Of a stretch of DNA of 64,000 nt, positions 1 to 9,219 are shown piece after piece. Source of the DNA: an uncultured Actinomycetes bacterium (GTDB lineage Bacteria; Actinomycetota; Actinomycetes; Streptosporangiales; Streptosporangiaceae); contig CAVPSA010000020.1 of the NCBI GenBank assembly GCA_963707905.1, forward strand, positions 4,320 to 68,319, written 5' to 3'. Under the pieces are notes generated by a model. It was not told the DNA's origin. It made no database searches and was given only the letters and a program-made list of their open reading frames with translations. How positions within the stretch are numbered: the stretch's first letter is position 1; each line of letters starts with the position of its first letter. The position numbers were made by a program, and so were the translations under genes.

Positions 1-1349
1 AGACCGTTGTCGCGAATTGTGGGAAAGGAAAGCCTTTCATCGTAGTTACTAATCCTCCCTTCGCAGGGGTGGGCGAGGGAAGGGTGAAGGACGCTAATGC
101 ATTGAGCGCTTTCGCGACAGGAAAGCGCTGGGCTGGAGTGGGATCCAATTACGCACCTACTCCAGAGTTCCTCTCTGATGGCGCACCGCCAGAACTACTG
201 TTCTTCGAACGCGTTCTCGACTGGGTCGCTCCAGGTGGCCGTATAGGGATCGTTCTGCCAAAGAGCTTCCTAGACGTCGCGACCTACCGCAGCGGGCGAA
301 CCCTTCTCTTCCGGCAGGCCAAGGTTTTGGCTGTCATCAATTGCCACAAGAACACTTTTCAGCCTTATACAGGAACGCGTACCTGTCTCCTCTTCGCCGA
401 AAAACTTCCGAAGGGCGTGAAGCCGCCAACAGACTACGAAATCTTTATGGCAATTTCTCGAAAGGTCGGTCAAGATAGCGAGGGAGAGCCGATTTACAGA
501 CTCGACGGATCTGGCCAGCCAACCGAAGAGATCGATCATGACCTACAAGAAATACTGGATGACTTCAACGCCTGGAAGGTTGGCCATCTAAGAGCGTCCG
601 AAATGCGTTTCATGATCCATCGGTCTGACATAGACGAAGAACTCAAGATCAATCCCCAAGCTTACCTACCAAATCTAAACGAGACTATTAGACGTCTTGA
701 GGAAGTCGATCAGCTTCCAGGCTGGTCTGTGACCGCTTTGAGTCAGGCTGCTAGCGATATCTCAATATTCAAAGGCCCCCGGCTGAAGAGTGAGAACATA
801 ATCGTAGAAGCACAAATCAACGAAAAAGTTGAGCCCTATTATACGCCATCTGCCGTACTGCAGGATAAAGGTGATAGTGTAAAATGGATCGATGTAGATA
901 GGGCTTCAGCGACCCAGGCTCGTACTATTGCAGTAATACGAGTTCAGCGTGGCGACATCGTGATAACTCGCTCTGGTTCCGTCGGGCGTGTGGCTATGAT
1001 TTCTGCCCGGCTGGATGGCGCTATCGTCTCGGACGATCTTATCCGAGTACGAATTGGGGATGACGATCTGCGCTGGTACGCATATGCCTATCTCCAGACT
1101 AAGGCAGCTCATGATCAAATGATCCGCAATGAGTACGGATCGATACAGCAACATCTTGAGCCTGAGCACATCATGGATCTCCTTGTACCTGTTCCCGACG
1201 ACTGGTCTATGGTCCAATATATAATTGACGGTGCAAAGAAACAGTTTCTCCACAAGGAAGCGTCAGAGCAGGCTGCTGCCATGACGCACGAGTCAGTCGA
1301 GACCTTGGTACGCGGGCTGATGGATACATCTCCTCAGACGCCTGTATGA
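1..1349 (+). CDS. N6-adenine DNA methyltransferase (5' end cut by the window) with a C-terminal HsdS-like target-recognition domain; M-S fusion or type IIG-like
   Basis: The frame is open from nt 3. Catalytic motif IV, VVTNPPFAG, is encoded at nt 42-68 (NPPF at 51-62). LLFFERVLDWVAPGGRIGIVLPKSFL fits the N6_Mtase fold. The C-terminal ~200 aa (ITRSGSVGRVAMI, LLVPVPD) resembles a single type I S-subunit TRD. Confidence 0.8.
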   Translation, partial: TVVANCGKGKPFIVVTNPPFAGVGEGRVKDANALSAFATGKRWAGVGSNYAPTPEFLSDGAPPELLFFERVLDWVAPGGRIGIVLPKSFLDVATYRSGRTLLFRQAKVLAVINCHKNTFQPYTGTRTCLLFAEKLPKGVKPPTDYEIFMAISRKVGQDSEGEPIYRLDGSGQPTEEIDHDLQEILDDFNAWKVGHLRASEMRFMIHRSDIDEELKINPQAYLPNLNETIRRLEEVDQLPGWSVTALSQAASDISIFKGPRLKSENIIVEAQINEKVEPYYTPSAVLQDKGDSVKWIDVDRASATQARTIAVIRVQRGDIVITRSGSVGRVAMISARLDGAIVSDDLIRVRIGDDDLRWYAYAYLQTKAAHDQMIRNEYGSIQQHLEPEHIMDLLVPVPDDWSMVQYIIDGAKKQFLHKEASEQAAAMTHESVETLVRGLMDTSPQTPV

Positions 1350-1368
1350 AGTGGAGGGTAAGTGATTT

Positions 1369-1812
1369 ATGAGCCCTAAGGCCTCCACTGTAAGCATGCC
1401 CGATCAACTGCCGTGGTGGCTGGAGACAGTCGCTAAACGCTTCGAGTCAGAGACGGGGATGCTTTGTCGGGATCAGTTCCCTGAACTGCGAGAGACTCAT
1501 CGACGTATGCTCCAGATGATTCCCCCGGAAGGGATTCGGATCACGGATCTTGCTGTGATAACAGGGAGGAGTAAATCCGGGCTGACTGAATTGCTTAATT
1601 GGCTAGAACAATCAGGATTCGTCTACAGCCGGAAAGATCCAACGGATAATCGGGTACGTCTTATTTCGCGCACCAAGTTGGGCGAGAGCGCGAACGACGC
1701 TATAAACGATAGTATCGCATCAATCGAACGAGAATGGCGCAATGAAATTGGTTCGGTCAATTACGACGGGATGAGGCTTGCACTTCGTCAACTCGGCTAC
1801 ACAGCATATTAG
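1369..1812 (+). CDS. MarR-family winged-helix transcriptional regulator
   Basis: 147-aa ORF starting 20 nt after the MTase stop. ITDLAVITGRSKSGLTELLNWLEQSGFVYSRKDPTDNRVRLISRT is a typical MarR wHTH. Low GC, like its neighbours. Confidence 0.75.
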   Translation: MSPKASTVSMPDQLPWWLETVAKRFESETGMLCRDQFPELRETHRRMLQMIPPEGIRITDLAVITGRSKSGLTELLNWLEQSGFVYSRKDPTDNRVRLISRTKLGESANDAINDSIASIEREWRNEIGSVNYDGMRLALRQLGYTAY

Positions 1813-1939
1813 CTCAGCTCGGGCACCGCGTCCCGGATAGGATGAGCGCCGTTCGCTCAGGGCGAATGCAGGCCGGGCTTCGTTAGCTCGCAGCTTGAAG
1901 CACGCTGCAAGCGTACCGCTCGACCGTGGGATCAGGATG

Positions 1940-2839
1940 TTAGGCGACGTTAGTGAGATCAGCCCGGAGTTTCATAAGAGCAGATGCTTCAAGCGATGCG
2001 ACCTTCTTACGGTTCATGCCTAGTGTCTTTGCAATTGCGCTATGCGAGAGCGGACGCTGACTGATCATTCCGTATCTCAGTTCTATTATCGTTCGCTCGT
2101 CGGCTGTAAGATTCGCTAGAGCCGAAGATAGAGCTTGCCGTGTCTCGTTGATCGCAAACAATTGCGGAGGTGAGAGCTCTGCTTCGTCTATTAGAATTTC
2201 CTCGATCGTAACTTGCCTATCAGGCAGTGACGAATGGATGCTTATTGGTGTTCGCCCGAGTTCACGGAGCCGGATTATTTCGCTTTCCGATATTGAAAGC
2301 TTTTCTGAGATTTCGCGATTCGTCGGTTCACGATTTAGTTGAAGTGCCAGTTTAGTGGCTGCCATACGAAGGCGAACTTCGTCTGCATGAACAACTGAAG
2401 GCAGGCGGATGAGACGTGATTTTGTGCGCATGGCGACAGTCAAGGCCTGTCGAATCCACCACGCTGCAAAGGTGGAGAATTTGACTCCTCGGGTAAAGTC
2501 GAACTTGGCAATCGCGGTCATCAAGCCTAGGTTACCCTCTTGAATGAGGTCGGCAAGGTCGAGCCCGCGGCCGACGTAACGTCTTGCAATGCTCACCACG
2601 AGGCCCAGATTGGCTTCATGCATTTGTTGGTATGCCAGCTCCCCGCGGCGCCTTACTTCCTCTAGCTCGGTTCGCTCGATACCTGATGTTATATCGAGCT
2701 TCTCCCTCGCAAGAACACCGGCTTCGATCCACTTCGCGAGCTCCACTTCCTGTTCAGCTCTCAGTAGCGGCCGTCGTGTTACTTGATCGAGGTACAGAGT
2801 CGGCGGTTCGGATGAATTACGACTACTAGAATCTTGCAT
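1940..2839 (-). CDS. RNA polymerase sigma-70 family factor, primary-like (group 1/2 architecture)
   Basis: Region 1.2: LYLDQVTRRPLLRAEQEVELAKWIE. Region 2: LVVSIARRYVGRGLDLADLIQEGNLGLMTAIAKFDFTRGVKFSTFAAWWIRQA. Regions 3 and 4: ERTIIELRYGM...AIAKTLGMNRKKVASLEASALMKLR. Start taken at ATG 2839; the ORF-track start at 2941 is also possible. Confidence 0.85.
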   Translation of the reverse strand: MQDSSSRNSSEPPTLYLDQVTRRPLLRAEQEVELAKWIEAGVLAREKLDITSGIERTELEEVRRRGELAYQQMHEANLGLVVSIARRYVGRGLDLADLIQEGNLGLMTAIAKFDFTRGVKFSTFAAWWIRQALTVAMRTKSRLIRLPSVVHADEVRLRMAATKLALQLNREPTNREISEKLSISESEIIRLRELGRTPISIHSSLPDRQVTIEEILIDEAELSPPQLFAINETRQALSSALANLTADERTIIELRYGMISQRPLSHSAIAKTLGMNRKKVASLEASALMKLRADLTNVA

Positions 2840-3473
2840 GGTTATTAAGGCCGTGATCTGGCAGGTTTTACCGGGCGGGCGGATGAATCGAATCCTAGCT
2901 GATGTCGTCCGGGTTAGCGGGACACTCGCGTGCGATCTCATGTCACAGAGGCGTGGACGTGCCGCTGTCTATCCGGTCTCTTGCTCTCCCGTTGATGGGT
3001 GTCACTCGAGCTGACCAAGATCGCCAGTGAGGATGGCCGCAGGGATCGTATGTGACGAGAAGCTCCCGAATGGGTTATCTCGCTCCGGGGCTGGGAGGAT
3101 GGCGCCACTCGTACAGGTCGCGCATTTTGCGCTGATCGTTGGGTGCTGGACCTGGGGCGACGGCCCGCTGGGACGACTCGCGCGCCGGCGCCGCCGTGGC
3201 CCGGAGGGCCAAAGGGCGGCGGGCGGCCACCCGGGGCGCAACATTCCGATGAGGCCAGGCGCGCTCCGCGCGCCCTCGATCAGTTATGGCTCAATTCGGC
3301 AGTGGTGTGGTGTGGCGTGGTCACACGGGCTGCGGCCCGGCCTGCGGCACAGCACAAGGCAGCCAGCAGAGGCCCGGCACCGGCACCGGGCGCGCCGGAT
3401 CACAAAGAGGGCACAAGATGGTAGTAGCGACAGGATCTGTGGGTGTCCCCGGTTCCGTCAGTTCTCGGACGGG

Positions 3474-3668
3474 CTACGTCTCGTCGAGCCTGCCGATCGT
3501 CGCACCGAGTTCGAGAGGGCCACAGTCCATAAGGTGCCGACCCAGGTCCTCAAGGATCGAGGGGTTCGCGGAGAGGATCTCCTTGGGGCTGGCCGCATCG
3601 GACACCTGATCACGTTTCAGCCCTTGTCGGGCTCGGTCGACGCCGAGCATTCGGTGTTCGTCGGCCAA
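3474..3668 (-). CDS. Hypothetical small protein (64 aa, TTG start), function unknown
   Basis: ORF immediately downstream of the toxin remnant and in its frame. Hand-counted GC3 is ~75% and the composition is protein-like (LGVDRARQGLKRDQVSDAASPKEILSANPSILEDLGRHL). I recognise no family. Confidence 0.25.
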   Translation of the reverse strand: MADEHRMLGVDRARQGLKRDQVSDAASPKEILSANPSILEDLGRHLMDCGPLELGATIGRLDET

Positions 3669-3749
3669 GAACCCGAGCGGGTGGGGGAGCCGGTGGCAAG
3701 CAGCGAAGTTGGCCGGGGTGAGTGGGTGCCCTGGGGTCGGTTCCTGGGC

Positions 3750-3966
3750 TCATCGCTCTATGGTAATCACATCACCATCGATGACGTACAAAATCCGATA
3801 GCGGTCGACTCGCAGTCGGTGATATCTCCCTCTATGGAATCCTTCGGCGGGGAGTGGGTCTTCGGCTAAGCCTGCGACGGCGGCGCCAATCGCTCGCATA
3901 GCGTCCTGATCACGCAGGAAACCGGCGGGCTGAGGCCGCAGCCACCGGGGTCCACCGGATCTTCAC
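3750..3966 (-). pseudogene. RelE/ParE-family toxin, disrupted by a single extra base
   Basis: The GTG at 3966 overlaps the antitoxin stop (GTGA). Frame A reads VKIRWTPVAAASARRF and then hits a stop at 3910-3912. The +1 frame continues LRDQDAMRAIGAAVAGLAEDPLPAEGFHRGRYHRLRVDRYRILYVIDGDVITIER*. The locus is 217 nt (72 codons plus 1 nt). The YRLRV..YRILY..D motif is typical of ParE/RelE. Confidence 0.65.
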
Positions 3967-4214
3967 TGGTCGCTGCCGAGCAGCTCGGCCATGACCTCCT
4001 CGTGTGACAGCGCGCCTGGGCACCCGGCAGCGACCCACTCGTCATGGGCGGCGAGCGTGGCCTCGATCTCTGCCTCTTCTAGTGCTTCGGGGGAGGCATG
4101 CCGCTCGACGGCCCGCAGTCGCCGCAGCTCGGGCAGAGGGACGATGGCGGCCGCCTCACCACCCAGATGGATCACCTCGTAAGGACCAGGATCACTGACA
4201 GGCGACGCGCTCAT
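3963..4214 (-). CDS. Type II antitoxin (Phd/YefM-like), cognate to the downstream ParE/RelE remnant
   Basis: 83-aa ORF directly upstream of the toxin, with a 4-nt overlap. VIHLGGEAAAIVPLPELRRLRAVE resembles the Phd/YefM N-terminal region. The C-terminus is acidic. Confidence 0.55.
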   Translation of the reverse strand: MSASPVSDPGPYEVIHLGGEAAAIVPLPELRRLRAVERHASPEALEEAEIEATLAAHDEWVAAGCPGALSHEEVMAELLGSDQ

Positions 4215-4376
4215 GGCGACACGGTACCGGGAACCTGTGACATCGGAAAGTCATCGAACCGCCCTCTTGGCAGTCGCTCCGTGAGCGCCGTGCGGGACAC
4301 CTTCGCAGGTAATGCACCGCGGACAGTCGCTCACTGCAAGCTGTCCCCTACGGACGATCTGTATCGGCCCAGGTCG

Positions 4377-4450
4377 CGCGCCTGGCAGGATTCGAACCCG
4401 CGACCCGCTGCTTAGAAGGCAGCTGCTCTATCCGGCTGAGCTACAGGCGC
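4377..4450 (-). tRNA. tRNA-Arg (anticodon UCU)
   Basis: Minus strand reads GCGCCTG-TA-GCTC-AGCCGGATA-GAGC-A-GCTGC-CTTCTAA-GCAGC-GGGTC-GCGGG-TTCGAAT-CCTGC-CAGGCGC-G. This gives a perfect 7-bp acceptor stem, D, anticodon and T stems, U33 and A37 flanking UCU, and a TTCGAAT T-loop. CCA is not encoded. Confidence 0.95.
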
Positions 4451-4689
4451 CTACCGAACGTATTGTGCAGGATCCAGGTAACGCCCAGGCCACATCGCCT
4501 GGATAACGGCCATGATCGTGACTTCTCAGGCGTCCCGGTGAGGTCCCGCCTGACCGGCCCCGGGCGGCGCGCGGCATGGCTGGTGGTGTACCCCGGGCCT
4601 GGCGTTCGGCATGATTGAAGTGCACGAAGCGCAAGGCCTGGGGCCTTCCCCGGCCACCTGGCGCCGCGCAGTGCCCCGAGGAGGTCACC

Positions 4690-5958
<1,269 letters not shown>

Positions 5959-5971
5959 GGCTGCCGAGGCT

Positions 5972-5987
5972 GGCCCAGGCCTGGGCC
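5972..5987 (+). terminator. Perfect 16-nt GC palindrome just after the glyA stop (candidate terminator hairpin, no U-tract)
   Basis: GGCCCAGGCCTGGGCC, 14 nt downstream of the glyA stop. Confidence 0.3.
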
Positions 5988-6053
5988 TGATCAGGGGGAT
6001 GGCTGCCCTGAGGGAACCTGTCGGCCCTCAGCTTGGACGAAGGAGATCAGGCC

Positions 6054-7769
6054 ATGCGCTCAGACCCCCAGCCGGTGATCCGGTGGAACTCTGCAGAACG
6101 GGTATGGGAGACCGGCTGCCGGGGTTACAGCGTGCTCAGCGACCCCCGGCTGAACAAGGGCACCGCGTTCACCGACTCCGAGCGCGCCGCGCTGGGATTG
6201 ACCGGCCTGCTGCCATCCCGGGTCCTGACGCTGGAACAGCAGGCCGAGCGCGTCTACCTGCAGTGCTCGCAGCAGCCGACCGCCATCGACAAGAACCTCT
6301 ACCTGACCGCACTGCACGACCGCAACGAGGTGCTGTATTACCGGGTACTGACCGACCACCTCAGCGAGCTGCTGCCAATCGTCTACACCCCTACGATCGG
6401 CGAGGCCATCCAGCATTACAGCCACCAGTACCGCCGCCCACGCGGCGTCTATCTCAGCATCGATGCGCCCGGCCAGATCGAGACCGCCCTGCGCGCTTCT
6501 GGATTGTCTGCCGGCGACGTGGATCTCATCGTCGCAACCGACGCCCAGGCCATCCTCGGCATCGGCGACTGGGGGGTCGGGGGGATCGATATCGCGGTCG
6601 GCAAGCTCGCCGTCTATACCGCTGCGGCCGGCGTCGACCCGGCCCGAACCCTGCCGGTGGTGCTGGACGTCGGCACCGACCGGGCAGAGCTGCTTGAGGA
6701 CCCGCTGTATCTGGGCGTTCGTCACCAGCGGCCTGCCCAGGAGCCCTATGACGCCTTTATCGACGCCTACGTGACCGCCGTGCGCAAGGTCTTTCCCGGC
6801 GCTCTCCTGCACTGGGAGGATTTCGGGCCCGGCAATGCCCGGCGCATCCTGGACCGCTACCGCGATCACATCCTCACCTTCAACGACGACATGCAGGGCA
6901 CTGGCGCGGTCAACCTCGCCGCCGTACTGGCCGGCGCCCACGCCAGCCAGACCTCGCTGACCCAGCACCGCATTGTCATCTTCGGTTCCGGCACCGCCGG
7001 TATCGGCATCGCCGATCAGCTCTATCGCGCGATGACCAGCCAAGGGCTGGACACCGCCGCAGCGCGGGCACGGTTCTGGTGCCTGGACCGCCAGGGCCTG
7101 CTCACCGACGACATGGCCGGTCTGCGCGACTTTCAGGTCCGTTACGCCCGCCCCGCTACGGAGGTCGGCGACTGGCCGGGGCACGGGACCGCCAGCGGCA
7201 TCGGTCTTGCTGAGGTCGTGCGCCGCGTGCACCCGACCATCCTCATCGGCACCTCCACGATGCATGGCGCCTTCACCGAGGAGATTGTGCGGGAGATGGC
7301 CGCGCACGTGAACCGGCCCGTGATCCTGCCCATGTCCAACCCGACCAGCCTGTCCGAGGCGACCCCGGCCGACCTGATGGCCTGGACCCGCGGCCGCGCC
7401 CTCATCGCCACCGGGAGCCCGTTCGGCCCCGTCACCTACAAGGGCGTCACCTACCAGATCGGCCAGGCCAACAACGCGCTCATCTTCCCCGGCCTCGGTC
7501 TCGGCGCGCTCCTGTCCCGGGCCCGGCGCATTACCGACCACATGATCACCGCCGCCGCTGAGGTCGTCGCCGGACTCACCGACACCACCACGCCCGGCGC
7601 GCCTCTCCTGCCCCCTATCGACGACCTCCGCACCACCTCGGCCCAGGTCGCGCTCGCGGTGGCCCGGGCCGCCGCCCACGACGGCGTCGCCGGCCTGTCC
7701 GGCATCACCGCCGCCGCCGTGAGCGCGGCCATGTGGCAGCCCCGGTACGCCGCCGTACACGCCGTCTGA
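6054..7769 (+). CDS. NAD(P)-dependent malic enzyme
   Basis: LNKGTAFTDSERAALGLTGLLP, IVYTPTIGEA, FNDDMQGTGAV, GSGTAGIGIA and MSNPTS are malic-enzyme signatures. ATG at 6054 lies 8 nt after AGGAGA. Confidence 0.9.
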   Translation: MRSDPQPVIRWNSAERVWETGCRGYSVLSDPRLNKGTAFTDSERAALGLTGLLPSRVLTLEQQAERVYLQCSQQPTAIDKNLYLTALHDRNEVLYYRVLTDHLSELLPIVYTPTIGEAIQHYSHQYRRPRGVYLSIDAPGQIETALRASGLSAGDVDLIVATDAQAILGIGDWGVGGIDIAVGKLAVYTAAAGVDPARTLPVVLDVGTDRAELLEDPLYLGVRHQRPAQEPYDAFIDAYVTAVRKVFPGALLHWEDFGPGNARRILDRYRDHILTFNDDMQGTGAVNLAAVLAGAHASQTSLTQHRIVIFGSGTAGIGIADQLYRAMTSQGLDTAAARARFWCLDRQGLLTDDMAGLRDFQVRYARPATEVGDWPGHGTASGIGLAEVVRRVHPTILIGTSTMHGAFTEEIVREMAAHVNRPVILPMSNPTSLSEATPADLMAWTRGRALIATGSPFGPVTYKGVTYQIGQANNALIFPGLGLGALLSRARRITDHMITAAAEVVAGLTDTTTPGAPLLPPIDDLRTTSAQVALAVARAAAHDGVAGLSGITAAAVSAAMWQPRYAAVHAV

Positions 7770-7800
7770 CCGGACGTGCGGTTTGCCGCGCCCGCAGGGC

Positions 7801-7832
7801 GAGCGGTGCTCTCGCTTAGAGAGCGGTGCTCT
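7801..7832. promoter_or_regulatory. Direct 12-bp repeat (GAGCGGTGCTCT x2, 20-bp period) enclosing a GCTCTC/GAGAGC inverted repeat; candidate TetR operator
   Basis: Seen at 7801-7812 and 7821-7832, which is 15-46 nt upstream of the TetR GTG start. Confidence 0.35.
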
Positions 7833-7846
7833 GATATTCTGCTGCT

Positions 7847-8551
7847 GTGAACGCGAGCCAGACCGCGCGCGAGCGGGTCCGCGCCGAGCTGATCAGGGAG
7901 ATCACCGAGATCGCCCGGCGGCAGCTGGCTACCGAGGGCGCGGCCGGGCTGTCGCTGCGTGCGGTCGCGCGGGAGATGGGGATGGTCTCCTCCGCCATCT
8001 ACCGCTATTTCCCGAGCCGGGACGACCTCCTGACCACCCTGATCATCGACGGCTACAACGCGGTCGGCGTGGCCGTGGAGAAGGCCGAGGCGGCGTCCCC
8101 GGCGGAGGACTACGCCGGCCGGTGGCTGGCGGCCTGCCGCGCCGTCCGCAACTGGGCTCTGGCCCACCCGCACGAGTACGCCCTGGTGTACGGCTCACCG
8201 GTGCCGGGCTACCAGGCGCCGGAGCGGACGATCGGGCCAGCATCGCGGGTGGCGGCGGTGTTCGGGAAGATCATCGGCGATGCGTACCGCGCCGGGGCCA
8301 CCGCGGATCCGCCCAGGCCACCGGTGCCCGTGCCCGCGTCGTTCACCCCGGATGCGGCGCGGCTGCGGGACGCCATCCTGGAGGGGGTACCCGACCACGT
8401 CGCCGCGGCAGCCCTGATTGCCTGGTCCGGGCTGTTCGGCCTGGTGAGTTTCGAGTTGTTCGGGCAGTTCGAGAACGTGGTCACCGACCGGGCCGCGTTC
8501 TTCGGCCACGCGGCGGCGTGCCTCGGCCGCCTGACCGGCCTGCCCGGCTGA
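7847..8551 (+). CDS. TetR/AcrR-family transcriptional regulator
   Basis: N-terminal HTH: RERVRAELIREITEIARRQLATEGAAGLSLRAVAREMGMVSSAIYRYFPSRDDLLTTLI. Confidence 0.85.
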   Translation: MNASQTARERVRAELIREITEIARRQLATEGAAGLSLRAVAREMGMVSSAIYRYFPSRDDLLTTLIIDGYNAVGVAVEKAEAASPAEDYAGRWLAACRAVRNWALAHPHEYALVYGSPVPGYQAPERTIGPASRVAAVFGKIIGDAYRAGATADPPRPPVPVPASFTPDAARLRDAILEGVPDHVAAAALIAWSGLFGLVSFELFGQFENVVTDRAAFFGHAAACLGRLTGLPG

Positions 8552-9219
8552 CCCCGCGGCCTATTCTCCGGCCGCGGCCGCGGCCACGGTAAGGTTCCCC
8601 GCTCCCTGCCCGGCGCGAATGCCCCCGCCGGTACCGGCCCTTAATGCGCGTCTTAACGACGGCCGGGGTCAATCAAGCCCGTCGCAAATCAGCGTAATCC
8701 GGGCGGCATAGGGACCTGATCACAGGAAATGTCATGCGGGTTGCGGAAAGGGGTATCACTTCACCGAAGAGGTGCTCTTGTTGGCACGCGGCCCGGGATG
8801 GGACGCCATGGGGATGCCACATTCCGCCACGCGCGACGGGGGGCGGGGAAGGAGGACGACTCGGGGGTGTTCGGCGAGGTAAGGGGCAGTTCGCGCTGGC
8901 CGGGCAGTCCCGGCCGGGGCACCGGGCACGCCGGAGTCCGTAGCGCACAAATTCGGGTAAATAAGGCACGGCCGCCGCTGCGTCAAAGCCGGTGCAAGCC
9001 GGCCAGAATCGGCAATGTATGCTGCTCCGGGATATTGAACAGTTAGCGGCAATCATCGCTATATACCGTTAATGGGGGGAATACGTGGGCCGGTACCGGC
9101 TGCGTACTGCTTAACGTCACTGGCGAGAGTTGCCCGCGCGGGCGGGCTCGGGGGAGCCCAGGGCCAGCGGGCGGCGCCAGGAGCGCGAGGAAAGGCACAA
9201 AACGGGGGGAGAGCCGATC

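Larger units (their letters stand above)
1..4376. mobile_element. Partial genomic island abutting the 3' end of tRNA-Arg(UCU): ~3.1 kb low-GC cargo block plus a high-GC TA remnant; the left end lies outside the window
   Basis: Hand counts on sampled 60-nt lines give ~47-50% GC for nt 1-~3090 versus ~70%+ elsewhere. The cargo is accessory-type (methylase, MarR, sigma factor, toxin-antitoxin). The tRNA 3' end faces the block. No integrase or att repeat is visible inside the window. Confidence 0.55.

Noticed and set aside
3027-3869. 280-aa plus-strand ORF spanning the junction between the low-GC block and the TA remnant.
   Set aside because: Composition is Arg/Gly/Trp/Cys-rich. It runs antisense through the ParE/RelE remnant and the small minus-strand ORF. 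No motif recognised.
4511-4530. 11-nt identity (atgatcgtgac) shared by the glyA leader and the GTPase-operon leader (14886-14896); considered as a shared regulatory motif.
   Set aside because: By rough estimate, exact 11-mer repeats are expected many times by chance in 64 kb on both strands, and the flanks are unrelated.
4451-4689. ZTP (pfl) riboswitch-like fragments in the glyA leader (aucgugacu...ggcg, ccggg..ccuggcg). glyA is a classic ZTP-regulated gene in actinobacteria.
   Set aside because: The conserved GUGACUGGCG junction is interrupted by 5 extra nt. The 3' CCGCCUGGGC element is not matched (ccgggccuggcg). I could not build the P1/P2/pseudoknot fold convincingly. Worth a cmsearch (RF01750) but not callable by eye.
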